A stretch of 63,315 nt of DNA, filler included, from Malassezia furfur (GCA_052055015.1; 53 parts of 53 records of this genome joined end to end with filler, not necessarily neighbours in it); one strand, 5' to 3'; counted from the first letter of the whole stretch, positions 11,213 to 23,475 are shown. Program-made: numbers and translations. The notes: generated by a model not told the origin, from the letters alone.

Positions 11213-12348
11213 CGCCCCGCACCGATGTGCCCGATCTGCCCGCCGCCGCGCCGCACGCCAGGCCGGTGGGCGACACGGCGCCGCCCACGGGCGTGTCGGA
11301 GCGCACGCTCAAGTCGCAGTCCAGCGCCGACACGAACCCCGACTGGCTGTTTGACCGTGTGGACGGCTCGGTGTCGTCGCACGTCAGCACGCCGTCGCTC
11401 GATGTGCCCGACGGGCGAGCGACGCCGGGTGCGCCCGCGCCGTGCCTCACGGCGCTGCACAAGCACACGGTGCGCACGCAGTCGCCGCTCGTCACGGCCT
11501 CGCCCGGTGCGCTGCCGTGCCGCGATCTGCAGCAGTCGTGGGCGCACACGCCCGACGCCGAGCCCGTGCTGCGCGCGATGCACTCCGAGTGGGACCTGTA
11601 CAGCTATGCATCGAGCGACTCGGCGCTCAGCACGCCCGTGCGCATCCGTGCGCCGCCGCCCGCCGCCGCGCCGCTCGCGGTGCGCCTCGTGCAGACCGGC
11701 GCGGGGCACCTGTCCGTGGTGCGCCCCGAGCACGCGCGCGACGACGAGGTGCGCGCCGAGGTGTGTGCCGAGACGACGCACCTGTCGATGAAGGCGTGTG
11801 CGCTCCCGCTGCCCGCCTACGACGTGCTGCGCATCCCGACGTCGCTCGTGGTGCTCGACCTGAGCCACGCGGCGCTCGACCGCCTGCCGCCGGCGCTCGT
11901 GCACTGCGGCACGCTCGAGGAGCTCAACGTGTCGCACAACCCGCTGCACAACCTCGCGCACTGGGCGCCGCTCGGCGCGCTGCACCGCCTGCGTGTGCTG
12001 CTGGCGGACGCGTGTGCGCTGCCTGCGCTGCCCACCGAGCTCGCCGAGACGCGCGAGCTCGAGGTGCTTGCGCTGCGCTCGAACCAGCTGACGCACCTGC
12101 CGAGCTGGCTGTGGGTGCTGGAGCGCCTCGCGTGTGTGCTGCTCGAGGGCAACGACGCCGTCGTGCCCGCGTGGCAGCCCGTGCTCGCGCCGCTGCTCGC
12201 GCCCGACGCAGCGCCCGGCACGGTGCCCGACGTGCCGCGCGCAGCGACGCCCAGCACCGTGTTGAGCGACGCACCGTCGCCGGCCGCGAGCGACGTCAAG
12301 CGCGGCCTGCTGCACAAGGCGCTGCGGTGGGGCGCGCCGCGGCGCCTT
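11213..12348 (+). CDS. Leucine-rich repeat protein, fragment
   Basis: LEELNVSHNPL, LEVLALRSNQLTHLP repeats. Confidence 0.8.
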
Positions 12349-12448
12349 NNNNNNNNNNNNNNNNNNNNNNNNNNNNNNNNNNNNNNNNNNNNTTAATTAA
12401 TTAANNNNNNNNNNNNNNNNNNNNNNNNNNNNNNNNNNNNNNNNNNNN

Positions 12449-13580
12449 CCTGCCGGAGCGGCGGACGCGGCGCGCGCGGTGCCCGACGCGCTCGCCGTCG
12501 CACCGTGCGTGCCGCTGCAAGTCGCGACGCTCGCGCAGACGCTCGAGACGCCGGCCGACCGCCTGTACATCAACCACGTGCGCATTCCGCACGCCGACGC
12601 CGGCGCGTGGGCGCGCGCGCTGTCGCGGCACCCGATCTACCGCACCGTGTTTGTCGCGGTGGACGACACGTTTGTGCAGGTCGTCACGCCGCGGCGCGTC
12701 GCGGTCGAGACGCGCGGCGGCGCGTGGAGCGACGCGGCGTGCGACGCCGTGGCCGACGACATGATCGCGCACCTGACCGACGCGCCGCCCGTGCGCGTCG
12801 TGCAGTACGACGACGGCGTGTGTGTGAGCGTGCACCACGCCGTGTACGATGCGGCGTCGTTTGCGATGCTGCGCAGCGAGGTAGACCAGGGCGCGCCGGA
12901 CACGGACGCGCCCGTCGACGAGTACGCGGCGTTTGCGCGCCGCGTCGCGGCGCGCGAGGCGGACGCCGCCGCGTACTGGGCGGCGTCGCTCACCGACATG
13001 GTGTACACGCCGTGCCCGACGCTCACCGGCGCGTACATGCCGGCGCAGCGCGCGGCGTCCGTGCACTACGTCGTGCCGGTGGCGCTGCACACGCTCGCGG
13101 CGCGCGCGCAGGCCGCGGGCGTGTCGCTGCACGCGGTGCTCCTCTCGGCGTTCTGCACGCTCCTCGCGCAGTACGCCGGCGAGGACGAGGCGACGCTCGG
13201 GCTCGTGCTGTCCGGGCGCCTGGGCGCGGCGGGCGACGCCGAGGTGCATGGCCCGTGCACGACGACCGTGCCGTTCCGGTGGCGCGCCACCGACGCGCTC
13301 GCCGCGACGCACCGCCGCCTGTACGACATGCTGCCGCACCAGTTTGTGCGCCTCGCGTCCGTCGCGCGCGCCGTGCACACCCCGCGGCTGTTCGACGTGC
13401 TCTTCTCGTACCTGCCCGAGCGCGCCGACGCCGGCGGCGTGCGCGACGCGATGGCCACCGGCTACCCCCTCGCGCTCGAGGTCCACACCGACGCGGCGCG
13501 CGACGAGGTCGCGTGCGAGCTCGTGTACGCGCCCGACCGCGTCCCGCCCGCGCACGCGGCGCTGCTCGTCGCGCAGTGGG
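12449..13580 (+). CDS. NRPS condensation domain, probably ferrichrome-type siderophore synthetase, fragment
   Basis: PCVPLQ, HPIYRTVF, SVHHAVYDA, GLVLSGR, GPCTTTVP, LFDVLF. Confidence 0.8.
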
Positions 13581-13680
13581 NNNNNNNNNNNNNNNNNNNN
13601 NNNNNNNNNNNNNNNNNNNNNNNNTTAATTAATTAANNNNNNNNNNNNNNNNNNNNNNNNNNNNNNNNNNNNNNNNNNNN

Positions 13681-14797
13681 GCCGCCGCTGGCCCGCGCGC
13701 CGGGCGCCAAGCCCGGCGACGTCGTGCGGGTGACGCGTGCGTCGCCGCGTACCGACATCCCTGCGTTTGATACGTACTTTTCGCCACCCCCACGCAATGG
13801 TGCGGGGCGTGCGCGGGCGCCGCCGCGCGACGCCGTCGTCGAGGACGCGCTGAGGCATTTTGACTCGATGGCGCTCGCCGACACCATCGACGCCGACGAC
13901 CACGACAAGGACGCGGACGAGGACGAGGACGAGGAGCGCCTGTTCTCGCCGCCGCCTGCGACGCCGCTCTCCGTGCCGGACACGGAGCGCGGCGCGGCGC
14001 TGTCGACGCTGCAGCAGGCCGTGTACGCACAGTTTGCGAGCACCAACGTCGACGACCACACGTGCGTCGGCGCCCCGCGCGCCGTCTTTGTTGCAGTGGC
14101 GCGCGACGAAAACAGCAACCTCGCGTACACGCTCTTCCACGGCGCGCGCCACGCGGACAACGCCGTGGTACCGCTCACGTACGCCCAGCTCACCCAGGCC
14201 GCGCGCCGGCGCACGCCCTTTTCCGACGACGCGCTCTACCGCCGCGCGGAGCTGATGGCCGTGTGCGCGGCGCTGCGCCAGATTGTCGTGCGGCCGCTGC
14301 GTCGGCAGTGCGTGCACATCTGCGTGAGCAGCGCGTACATCGCCAAGGCATGGAGCGTCTGGATCCCGGACTGGGAGACGAACGGCTGGCCGGGCGACAG
14401 CGACACGGACAGCTCGCTCGGCTGCGGCAGCGGCAGCAGCAGCATGCAGACGCCGCTGCGCACCAACTCGCAGAGCTCGAGCGTGCGCACGCCCAACAGC
14501 TCGCACGCCGACTCGGAGCCGCGCGGCGCGGCGCCGGCGCTCAATCCCGAGCTGCTGCGCACGCCGATGCGCCCCACCAACGCGCGCCGCGCGCAGCTCG
14601 CCAGCGAGGGCGACTCGCTCCGCTCGTCGTTCGACGGCCCCGTGACGCCCTCGAGCGGCACCACCGACTCGCCCGCGAGCCGCCCGCGCTCGACGCGCCG
14701 CCTCGTCGACGAGGATCTGCTCCGCGAGCTCGCTTTGCTCCGTGCGCAGCTCGCGGCCGCCGACGCGCGCGCCGGCGCGGCGCTGCACGCTACTTGA
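13681..14797 (+). CDS. Degenerate RNase H-fold protein, copy A (possible frameshift near 14790)
   Basis: RAELMAVCAAL, SSAYIAK..WIPDWETNGW, VDEDLL. Confidence 0.65.
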
Positions 14798-14910
14798 TTG
14801 CCGGTATGGCNNNNNNNNNNNNNNNNNNNNNNNNNNNNNNNNNNNNNNNNNNNNTTAATTAATTAANNNNNNNNNNNNNNNNNNNNNNNNNNNNNNNNNN
14901 NNNNNNNNNN

Positions 14911-16039
14911 GGATCGCCTCACGCTTGTACACCACGGTGCACAGCTGCGTCTGCGTCAGCAGCGCCGGCAGCACACTCAAGTACACCTGGCGCAGCAGCT
15001 CGCGGTGCTCGGCGAGGTCGGTGATCTGCCGCAGAAAGATGTCGACGAGCACCTTGAGGTCATTCATGTAGAAGTAGCTCGCGGTCTCGGGCATCGCAAA
15101 CAGCGCATCGAGCAGCTTGAGCACCAGCAGGTGGAAGCGGCACCCCGCGGCGTCCGTGCACGGCGTGCGGTTCAGCATAAACACGACGTTCTCGGCAAAC
15201 GTGCGCGTCGCATGCGCGCGGTCGCGGATCACCGCGAGGATGCTGAACGGCACGGGCGCGGGGCCCTGCACCCCCGCGAGGTACTGCTCGTGCAGCGCAA
15301 GGAGCAGCTGCGTCACCAGCACGCCGAGCGTCTCGTCCTCGAGCGTGCGCGTCGCCTCCGCCTCATTGAACAGGTGGCACACGAACGGCTCGCCGATGCA
15401 CGCTGCGTCAGTCGATCGACGTACCGAGCTCGGCCTGCCGCAGGCGGACGGTGCACAGCAGCTCGTACAGCAGCACGAGCGCCTTGTACTGCAGCCACAC
15501 CTGCATCCCCTCGTTCGAGAGATGGCCCTCCATCCCGCGCGGCTGCGTGCGCTGCGGCACCGCACCGGGCAGCGGCAGCGCGGGCGCGACGCTTCCGTCG
15601 CCCAGCACCGCGCGGCTCTGCCCCGCATAGTGGCCCGCCCACACGTTGTGCACGAGGCGGCGCACGAGCCCGGGCAGCAGCACGTCGTGCGTCTCCGAGT
15701 ACAGCAGCCACCGGAACACGTTGGGGTTGTGCTCGCCAGCGCACAGCACCAGCTCGTACACCAGCAGCAGCACGTACGCCGAGGTGCCGGTGCGGAGCGC
15801 CGGGCGCAGCGCATCGAGCAGCGCGGCAGTGACCGCGTCCGGCGCGGCGTCCGACGCAAGCACGCCCTTCGGCCGCTCGCTGAGCACGCCGGCGCTCAGG
15901 AAGAGCTGCGCGAGGTGCGCGTGCGCTTGCGCATCATGCATGTGTTGGTCTGCGTCAGGGCATCCACGCACCAAAGAACGCGGCGTCGCACGACGTCAGC
16001 AGCTCGTGCACGCCGCGCGGCACATCGTCGAGCGTGCGC
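14911..16039 (-). CDS. Ldb17/Dip1/SPIN90 family, fragment; introns 15950-15971 and 15403-15424
   Basis: TFAENVVFMLNR..LKLL..YFYMNDLKVLVDIFLRQI..LLTQTQL. Confidence 0.85.
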
Positions 16040-16139
16040 NNNNNNNNNNNNNNNNNNNNNNNNNNNNNNNNNNNNNNNNNNNNTTAATTAATTAANNNNN
16101 NNNNNNNNNNNNNNNNNNNNNNNNNNNNNNNNNNNNNNN

Positions 16140-17266
16140 GCTGCTCGACGCGGTGCATGCGGCGCTGCCGCTGCTGGGCAACGTCGGCGGCGAGCCGGAC
16201 GCATGCCTCGCCGAGCTTGCCGCGAGCGGCGTGCTCGTGCTGTTGCGCGCGCTCGAGGCGCACGACGATGCCGAGCACGTGCAGAGCGCGCCCCCCGAGC
16301 GGGCCATTGCCGTGCTGCGCGCGCTGCTCGACGCGCTGCTGCGCCCCGGCACGAGCGGCGCGGCGCGTATGGACCTGTGCCTGAGCGTCGTGTGCTTTGC
16401 GCAGCTCAGTGGCGCGCCGGACGGCGATGCGCCGCTCGCGCAGCGCACGCACGCGCTGCTGGCCGCGCACATGGAGCGCCTCGTCGAGGTGGTGGCGCGC
16501 GATGCGCTCGACGCGTCCGATGTCGGGCAGACGGTGGCGCTCGCGACGCTTGCGCGCCTCGTGCGCTTCGAGGCGCCCGCGGGCAAGCGCGGCGCGTCGC
16601 TCACTGACACGCTCGTGCAGCGCGGCTACCTGCGCAGCCTGGTGCTGCGCCTCGAGACGCTCGACGGCGCGCTGCAGGACGTCCTGTCGCCCGACCCGAC
16701 GTCGCTCAATGCGCAGTACGTGTACGAGGCGCTCGTCGCGTTCCTGTGCCGCATCGCACAGACGCGCGCCGGCGCGCAGCAGCTCGTCGACGCACACCTC
16801 TTCCGCGTCGTGGCACGGGCCGACTTCCTCTCGCTGCGCCCCGACCCGAGCGGCGCGGCGTGGGACGCCGTGGACGACACGGGCTTCTTGCCCGCGGCCG
16901 CCGAGCGCTACGCGGCGCTCCTCACGCCGCTGCTGCAGCTCGTGCTCGGCGTGCTGCAGCACTTGCACGAGCCGGACGCGGCGCGCCGCGGCGCGTCGTT
17001 CACGGCGCACGCCGCACGCACACAGGCGCTCGCGCTGCTTGCCGCGCACCAGGACGCGCTGCTCGCCGTGCTGCGCGCCGCCTCGCACCCCGACGCGGCG
17101 CTCGCCGACGCGGAGCAGGCGGCGCTGCTCGTCGAGGCCCTCGCGACGCTGCTCCCCGGCACGTCCGACGCAACGCTCGACACGCTGCACACCGCCGTGC
17201 TCACGCTCGCAGCGACGTACGTCGGCGCGGCGCCCGCGGCGCTCCTCGCACCGCACACGCCCGCCG
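16140..17266 (+). CDS. NUP192: Nucleoporin Nup192/Nup205, fragment
   Basis: QRGYLRSLV..YVYEA..FLCRIAQTRAGAQQLV..LF. Confidence 0.75.
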
Positions 17267-17366
17267 NNNNNNNNNNNNNNNNNNNNNNNNNNNNNNNNNN
17301 NNNNNNNNNNTTAATTAATTAANNNNNNNNNNNNNNNNNNNNNNNNNNNNNNNNNNNNNNNNNNNN

Positions 17367-18492
17367 ACCAGGAGGCGGACGCGGCGCAGGACGCGTCGCT
17401 GCGCTGGCGCGGCCCCGACCCCCGCGTCGGGCTGGGCCTGTGCCTCTGGAACCTGGGCCGGCACGACCACGCGCGGCGTGCGTGGCGCCGCGCGATCGAC
17501 GTCGACGCGTCGAACGCGGCGCCGCGGCTTTTGCTCGGTGTGTCGCTGGTGAACGCGGCCAAGTCGGTGCGTGCGCTGCCGCATGGGTGGTACGGTGCAT
17601 ACACTGAGCACCCCGAGGACGCCGCGCGGCGCACCGCGTACGCCGAGGGCCTCGTGCTCATGCAGAGCGCATGGCAGCTCGACAAGACGAACGCCATGAC
17701 GGCCGTGGCGTTGAGTGCGCACCTCTTGTCGCAGACGACGCACCTGTTTGCGCAGGCGATGCCCGCGGCACATGACTTTGCGACGCCGCTCGCGACGCCG
17801 CTGCCCATCGAGCTCGAGGAGCAGGTCGCGCAGACGCTTGCGCGCACGCTCAAGCTCGGCGAGCATGCGATCCAGTACGCCGACTCCAAGTCGCCTGTGA
17901 TCCAGGCGTGGCTGCAGTACGCGCACGCGCTGCACGCCGCGTCGCGCCTCGCGCGCAACGTCGGCGACCACGCTTTGCGCCTGCAGTCGCAGCGCTACTA
18001 CACGCGCGCGTGCGAAGAGCTTGCGCGCATGCCGCCTGTGCCTGGGCTGGCGGACCCCGACGGGATGCAGCACCAGCTGTCGCACGGTCTGGCGCTCGCG
18101 ACACTCGGCCTGGCGCAGCTGCAGGCGAGCTCTGGCGACGTGCTTGCTGCGGCCAACACGCTAGATGCGGTGCTGACGCGCCCGAGCCTCGGGTCGAGCC
18201 ACTCGTACGCGGTCGAGCTTGGTTTGTTTGCCGCACTGCTGCATGCCGTGCCGCAGCCCGGTGCGGAGGCGGAGCAGGTGGCGGCGAGCCGGCGCAAGGC
18301 GCGCACGCTGCTCGACCGCACGCTGCGCCTCGCCGAGGCGGCCGCGCGCCTCGTGCACGGCGCGCGCGACGCCGATGAGCTCGACGACGCGACCCCTAGC
18401 GAAGACGGCGCGTTGCTCCAGGCGCAGACGGCGATCGAGCAGGAGCAGCTCGCGCCGCGCACGCTCGCGGCGATGGCGCACTTTGACGAGGA
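17367..18492 (+). CDS. CTR9: Paf1 complex TPR subunit Ctr9, fragment
   Basis: PDPRVGLGLCLW..ARRAWRRAIDVD..KLGEHAIQYAD..LGLAQLQ. Confidence 0.8.
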
Positions 18493-18592
18493 NNNNNNNN
18501 NNNNNNNNNNNNNNNNNNNNNNNNNNNNNNNNNNNNTTAATTAATTAANNNNNNNNNNNNNNNNNNNNNNNNNNNNNNNNNNNNNNNNNNNN

Positions 18593-19714
18593 GGCGCGGC
18601 GACCGGCGCGCGGCGCCCGAGCGCATCCAGCGGCGTGTCGGCGAGGGCGCGCGAGCGAAAACGCGGCAGCTCACCCTCGCCCGCGAGACCGAGGCCGCCG
18701 GGGTACCGAAAGTGCAGCTCGTGGCGTTCGGTGCGGACGCGCTTGGCGGGCGGCGCGACGGGCGCCTCGTCCGTGGCGTCGGCGAACGCGGTGGCGATGT
18801 GCGCACTCGCGGCGGCTGCAGCGGCGCGCCGCGTGGGCAGCGCCGTAACGGTCGTGGCGTCCGGCACCCCACCCTGCAGGCCGTACACCGGCACGGAGCG
18901 GATGGTGCGCTGCGGCTCGCGCTCCGCAAGGTTGATCCCGCGACGGCCCTTGGTCTGCCGCCGCTTGCGCCGCATCTCGCGCTCGTGCTCGCGCTCGAGC
19001 AGCAGCGCATCGGCCGGCGTGAGCTGCACGAGCTTCGGCGTGAACGCATCCACCTCGCCGTGGCTTCGTGCGAGGCGCTGCGCGTCGACCGCGGGCAGGA
19101 AGGCCGTGCGCACCTCGTCGTCCATCGACGCGAGCCGGTTGAACGGGTAGCCCAGGAGGAAGAGCAGGCGCAGATGCGTGCTGACCTGCTCGCGGATCGC
19201 GTGCACAATCGCCGTCTTGAACTCACCCGCGAGGCCCAAATCCGCCGCAAACGTCTCGGCGAAGCGCTCGGCACTCTGCGCGTCGGGATCGAGCAGGTCC
19301 CATTCGAACTGGTCGACCAGGTTTTGCGCGCCGACGAGGATGTCAAGCTTGATGAGCACACGCAGCTCGTCGTCCAGGTCGTGCACCGAGCGCGGCACAC
19401 GGGCCGGCAGCGCCACGAGGGACGCGTCCGGAGCAGCGCCCGCCGGCGCGTCGGCGGGGGCGTCGGCGGCGCCGTCGTCGCGGCTGTTGGCGACGCGCGT
19501 GATCCACTGCACGATGCGGCGGGGGAACACGGCGTCGTCCCCGCCCGCGCGCTCCAGCTCGGGGTCGCGCAGCGCGGGCGTGCGTTGCGTTGTGTGCGCG
19601 CCGTGCGGCATCGCGGCGCTCTCGCTCTGCGTCTCGGACGCGCGCGGGGGGGCGGCGGGCGCGTCGGTCGTGCACGCCGGCCGCTCGCTGCGCGACAGCG
19701 AGAAGCGCCGCGGC
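18593..19714 (-). CDS. SNF5: SNF5-family chromatin remodeler subunit, fragment
   Basis: LRVLIKLDI..LVDQFEWD..ERFAE..DLGLAGEFKTAIVHAIREQV. Confidence 0.85.
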
Positions 19715-19814
19715 NNNNNNNNNNNNNNNNNNNNNNNNNNNNNNNNNNNNNNNNNNNNTTAATTAATTAANNNNNNNNNNNNNNNNNNNNNNNNNNNNNN
19801 NNNNNNNNNNNNNN

Positions 19815-20001
19815 GCGCCGTCGTCGGCGCCGCCCACGCCGCATCGTCGCGCGGCACCGCATACCGGGCGACGGCGCCCGACGAGGTGCCGACGTACAGC
19901 GTGTCGTCTGCATCAGCCTCACACGTACCGGAGCACGCCAGCGCGCGCGCGCCCTCCGGCAGCGCACACGCCGCGGCCTGCGCCGCATAGACGCCGTCCA
20001 T
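19815..20001 (-). CDS. N-terminus of a probable CNH-domain Vps39/Vps3-like protein
   Basis: ATG at 20001; beta-propeller-like LYVGTSSGAVARY. Confidence 0.5.
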
Positions 20002-20036
20002 GCTGGGGGAGTGGAGGGACGACGCCCCTCCACGCG

Positions 20037-20935
20037 ATGCTCGCGGAGCAGCTGTCGGCCGCGCTCGCGGCGCGCGAGCGCCGCGGCACACGCCGCCGCC
20101 TCCTCCTCGGCGACGCACGCACCGCCGCGCACCTCGCGCAGTGCATCGACTTCTCGTCCAACGACTACCTGTCGCTCTCCGCCGCGCCGGCGGCACGCGC
20201 GGCCGTCGCGAAGCAGCTCACGCGCGGCCTGCCACTCGGCAGCACGGGCAGCCGCCTGCTGGACGGCGACTCGCCCGCACACACCGCGCTCGAGACGCGC
20301 CTGGCCGCGACGTTTCGCGCGCCCGCCGCGCTGCTGTTCAACAGCGGCTTTGACGCCAACGTGTCGCTCCTCACGACGCTGCCGCAGCCGGGCGACGTCG
20401 TGGTGTACGACGCGCTCGTGCACGCAAGCATGCACGACGGCATGCGTGCGTCGCGCGCACAGACGTGCCGCGCATTTGCGCACAACGACCCCGCAAGCCT
20501 CGATGCGGTGCTCGCCGCGCTCGACGTGCGCACCGCCAACGTGTTCCTCGCCCTCGAAAGCGTCTATAGCATGGACGGCACCGTGTGCCGCCTGCACGAG
20601 CTCGTGCAGGTGCTCGCGCGGCACGTCCCCGACGCAGGCCGCCGGTGCGTGCTCGTGGACGAGGCGCACGCCGTGGGCGTGTATGGGCCGCAGGGCACAG
20701 GCCTCGTCGCGGCGCTCGGCGCACACGACGCCGTCGACGTGCGTCTCGTGACCTTTGGCAAGGGGCTCGGATGTGCGGGCGCCGCAGTGCTCTGTGCGCC
20801 GCTCGTGCGCGAGTACCTGCTGAACTACGCGCGCCCGCTCATCTACTCGACGGCGCTGCCCCCGCCGGCGGTCGCGGCGATCGACGCCATGCTCGACGTG
20901 CTCGCCCACGATACCCAGCGCCAGGCCGCCGTGCA
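20037..20935 (+). CDS. bioF: 8-amino-7-oxononanoate synthase, 5' part
   Basis: DFSSNDYL, GSTGSRLLDG, FNSGFDAN, VHASMHDG, ESVYSMDG, DEAH, TFGK. Confidence 0.92.
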
Positions 20936-21035
20936 NNNNNNNNNNNNNNNNNNNNNNNNNNNNNNNNNNNNNNNNNNNNTTAATTAATTAANNNNNNNNN
21001 NNNNNNNNNNNNNNNNNNNNNNNNNNNNNNNNNNN

Positions 21036-22156
21036 CGCGTGTAGCCCCAGATGGTCAGGTTGGGGTTCGTGTACGCCTCCAGGTGCCGCTCAATGTAGTC
21101 CTTCGAGGGGTAGCCCGGTGTGTCGCACCCGATGGAATCCTCGTCCATCAAGTCGGGGTCCTGGTACACACGCACCCAGTCCACCGACATCTCGAACGGC
21201 CAGCCATCCGCCAAATCGTCCCACTCGACCGAGCCAAAGTTGTTCGAGATACCGAGGTTGAACAGGATGTACTGCGTTAGTGTCTGTGCACGTACCATGG
21301 GCTCCGCCGGGAACTGGCGCGCAGAAATGTTGACGCGGCCATCGGGACGAAGCGCCTCGGGATACAGCTCCCACGCAGGGTTCCCTGCCGAGGTCCACGC
21401 CGCATAGCCGTCCGAACCTGGCTTATACTCGAGCGAGTCTGGGTGAGTGCGAAAAATATACGTGCATGTCGCATAGTTGCTGCCGTCTTCATTCACGGGA
21501 CCACCAGGGTTGGCACTGTCGGCATTCTTTTGCACAGCCGACTGGCTCGCCTTGTTCACACCACTAAGCGACTGCTGCGTCACTTCACCGGTGTAAATGT
21601 TGATGCCGTTCTTGTTGTTGTAGAAACTGTACACCGGCGCGTTGTTGAGATAGTCGATCTCGTACATCCAGTTGTACGGCGCCATCTGGCACGACTGCGA
21701 CACTTGCATACCGCCGTTCGTCGTTGGCTGTGCCTCAAACACGTCAATTTCGGGCGCCGCACGTCCGCGGTAACGGCCTTCGTCACTAAGCCACGGGCCG
21801 GGGTGGTCGTCGCCTTCGCACGTGCACGCCGACAGCTTCTGGCCGGGGAGGAACGAGAGCGCGCGCGTGTTGTGCTTCTGGTTAAACATGGTGGCACCGC
21901 CGTTGAGCGTGTCGGGGGGGAAACCATAGGGGTACGTGTCGTTGTACAGTGTCTGGTTCATCACCGTGCCGACGTCGCACGCATCGTACGAGTAGGGCCA
22001 CGTGCCCTGCAGCGTCGCACCGTAGCCGGCACGGCCCAGGTTGCCCATCAGCCAGAACGCAGGCCAGAGACCGGGCACGTTGCGGTAGCCAGGCAGCTGC
22101 ACACTCGCAATCAAAATGCCGCCGCGGAAGCAAAACTTGTTCCACGACTGAAGCAT
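21036..22156 (-). CDS. KRE6: Kre6/Skn1 GH16 beta-1,6-glucan synthesis protein, fragment; introns 21439-21465 and 21272-21295
   Basis: MLQSWNKFCF, GLWPAFW.MGNLGR, WPYSYD, APEIDVFE, VDWVRVYQ. Confidence 0.92.
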
Positions 22157-22289
22157 NNNNNNNNNNNNNNNNNNNNNNNNNNNNNNNNNNNNNNNNNNNN
22201 TTAATTAATTAANNNNNNNNNNNNNNNNNNNNNNNNNNNNNNNNNNNNNNNNNNNNTGCGCACTGCGGTGCCGACCGGCAGCTGCGGCG

Positions 22290-22470
22290 AGGCTGGCGGC
22301 ACACCGGACATCGGCATCGCCGTGCCGGGCGCCGGCGCGGCCGTCTCGGGCGCCGAGCGCGTCGTATAGCGCGCGGCATGCGCCATCGTGTTAGGACCCA
22401 GTCGCAGCAGGCCCGCAGTCCGCACAGCCGCACGGGGCGGCACGGCGCGCAGCACAGGAAGCCAGACCAT
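22290..22470 (-). CDS. N-terminus of a probable mitochondrial protein
   Basis: ATG at 22470; R/A/L-rich, acid-free presequence-like start. Confidence 0.45.
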
Positions 22471-22540
22471 GGTCGTCGCTCCAGAGGCCCCCGCCCGCTG
22501 AGTCAGCCTCGCGGCGGTGCGCCTCCACCCCCACGACGGC

Positions 22541-23375
22541 ATGGCGCGCCGGCACCGGGGGACGCTGGTGTGCGTCGTGCTCAAGGCGGTACGTCCCGCA
22601 CGCCATCTCACGCAGAAAAACCTGCCGAACAAGCGCGCGATCGGGAAGCAGGACCCGTACGCGGAGCTGTGCGTCGGGAGCGACACGCAGTGCACCCAGC
22701 CGGACCGCCGCGGGGGGCAGCATCCGCTCTGGGACGAGCAGCTGCACTTTGAAATCTACGACGCGATGCAGCACATGCTCGCGCCGGACGCGCCGCCCAC
22801 CACAGGCCACACGCTCGGCCTCGCGTGCTACGCCCACGACAAGGAGCCTGTCCTGATCGGCGCCGCGTCGCTGCCGCTCGATCATGTGCTGACGCACGGC
22901 GAGCACGACCAGTGGGTCGCGCTTACCAAGAACGAGCGGTACGCGGGCGAGGTGTACCTCGAGCTGACCTTCTACTCGCTCGACATCCCCAAGTACGGCA
23001 ACCTCGGCCACGGCCGGCCGCACGCACCGCCGCTGCATCGCCCGCTGTCGCCGCCGCAGCTGCCGGTCGGCACCGCAGTGCGCACGACGTCCACGTCGCA
23101 CTCGCGCACGCTGCCGCCACGCCGTGCGTCGCACGAGGTGCCGCGCGCACTGCAGATCGGCACGCCGTCGCCCGTCCAGACGTATACCCCTCCCTACGCG
23201 CCGCAGACACTGCGGCACACGAGCGCCTCGACCGTCACATCCGAGCGCCCGCCCGTCCCACACCCGCCGCACCGTGCCTGGACCGTGGATAATCCCGAGT
23301 ACGCGCATCCCGCGGCGCACACGCCCGGCACGCCCGAGCCGCCGCCCAGGGCCGAGGCGGTCCGTGCGCCGCTGC
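22541..23375 (+). CDS. C2-domain ingression protein (Fic1/Inn1-like); intron 22589-22615
   Basis: VVLKA|KNLPNKRAIGKQDPY..RGGQHPLWDE..GEVYLELTFY plus a Pro-rich tail. Confidence 0.85.
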
Positions 23376-23475
23376 NNNNNNNNNNNNNNNNNNNNNNNNN
23401 NNNNNNNNNNNNNNNNNNNTTAATTAATTAANNNNNNNNNNNNNNNNNNNNNNNNNNNNNNNNNNNNNNNNNNNN

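Noticed and set aside
13681..14797. RNase H-like ORF as a retrotransposon remnant
   Set aside because: No RT, integrase or LTR is visible, codon use is host-like, and the two copies show purifying selection
20037..20935. bioF as bacterial contamination or transfer
   Set aside because: Fungi encode BioF, composition matches the host, and it shares a contig with a eukaryotic-type gene start
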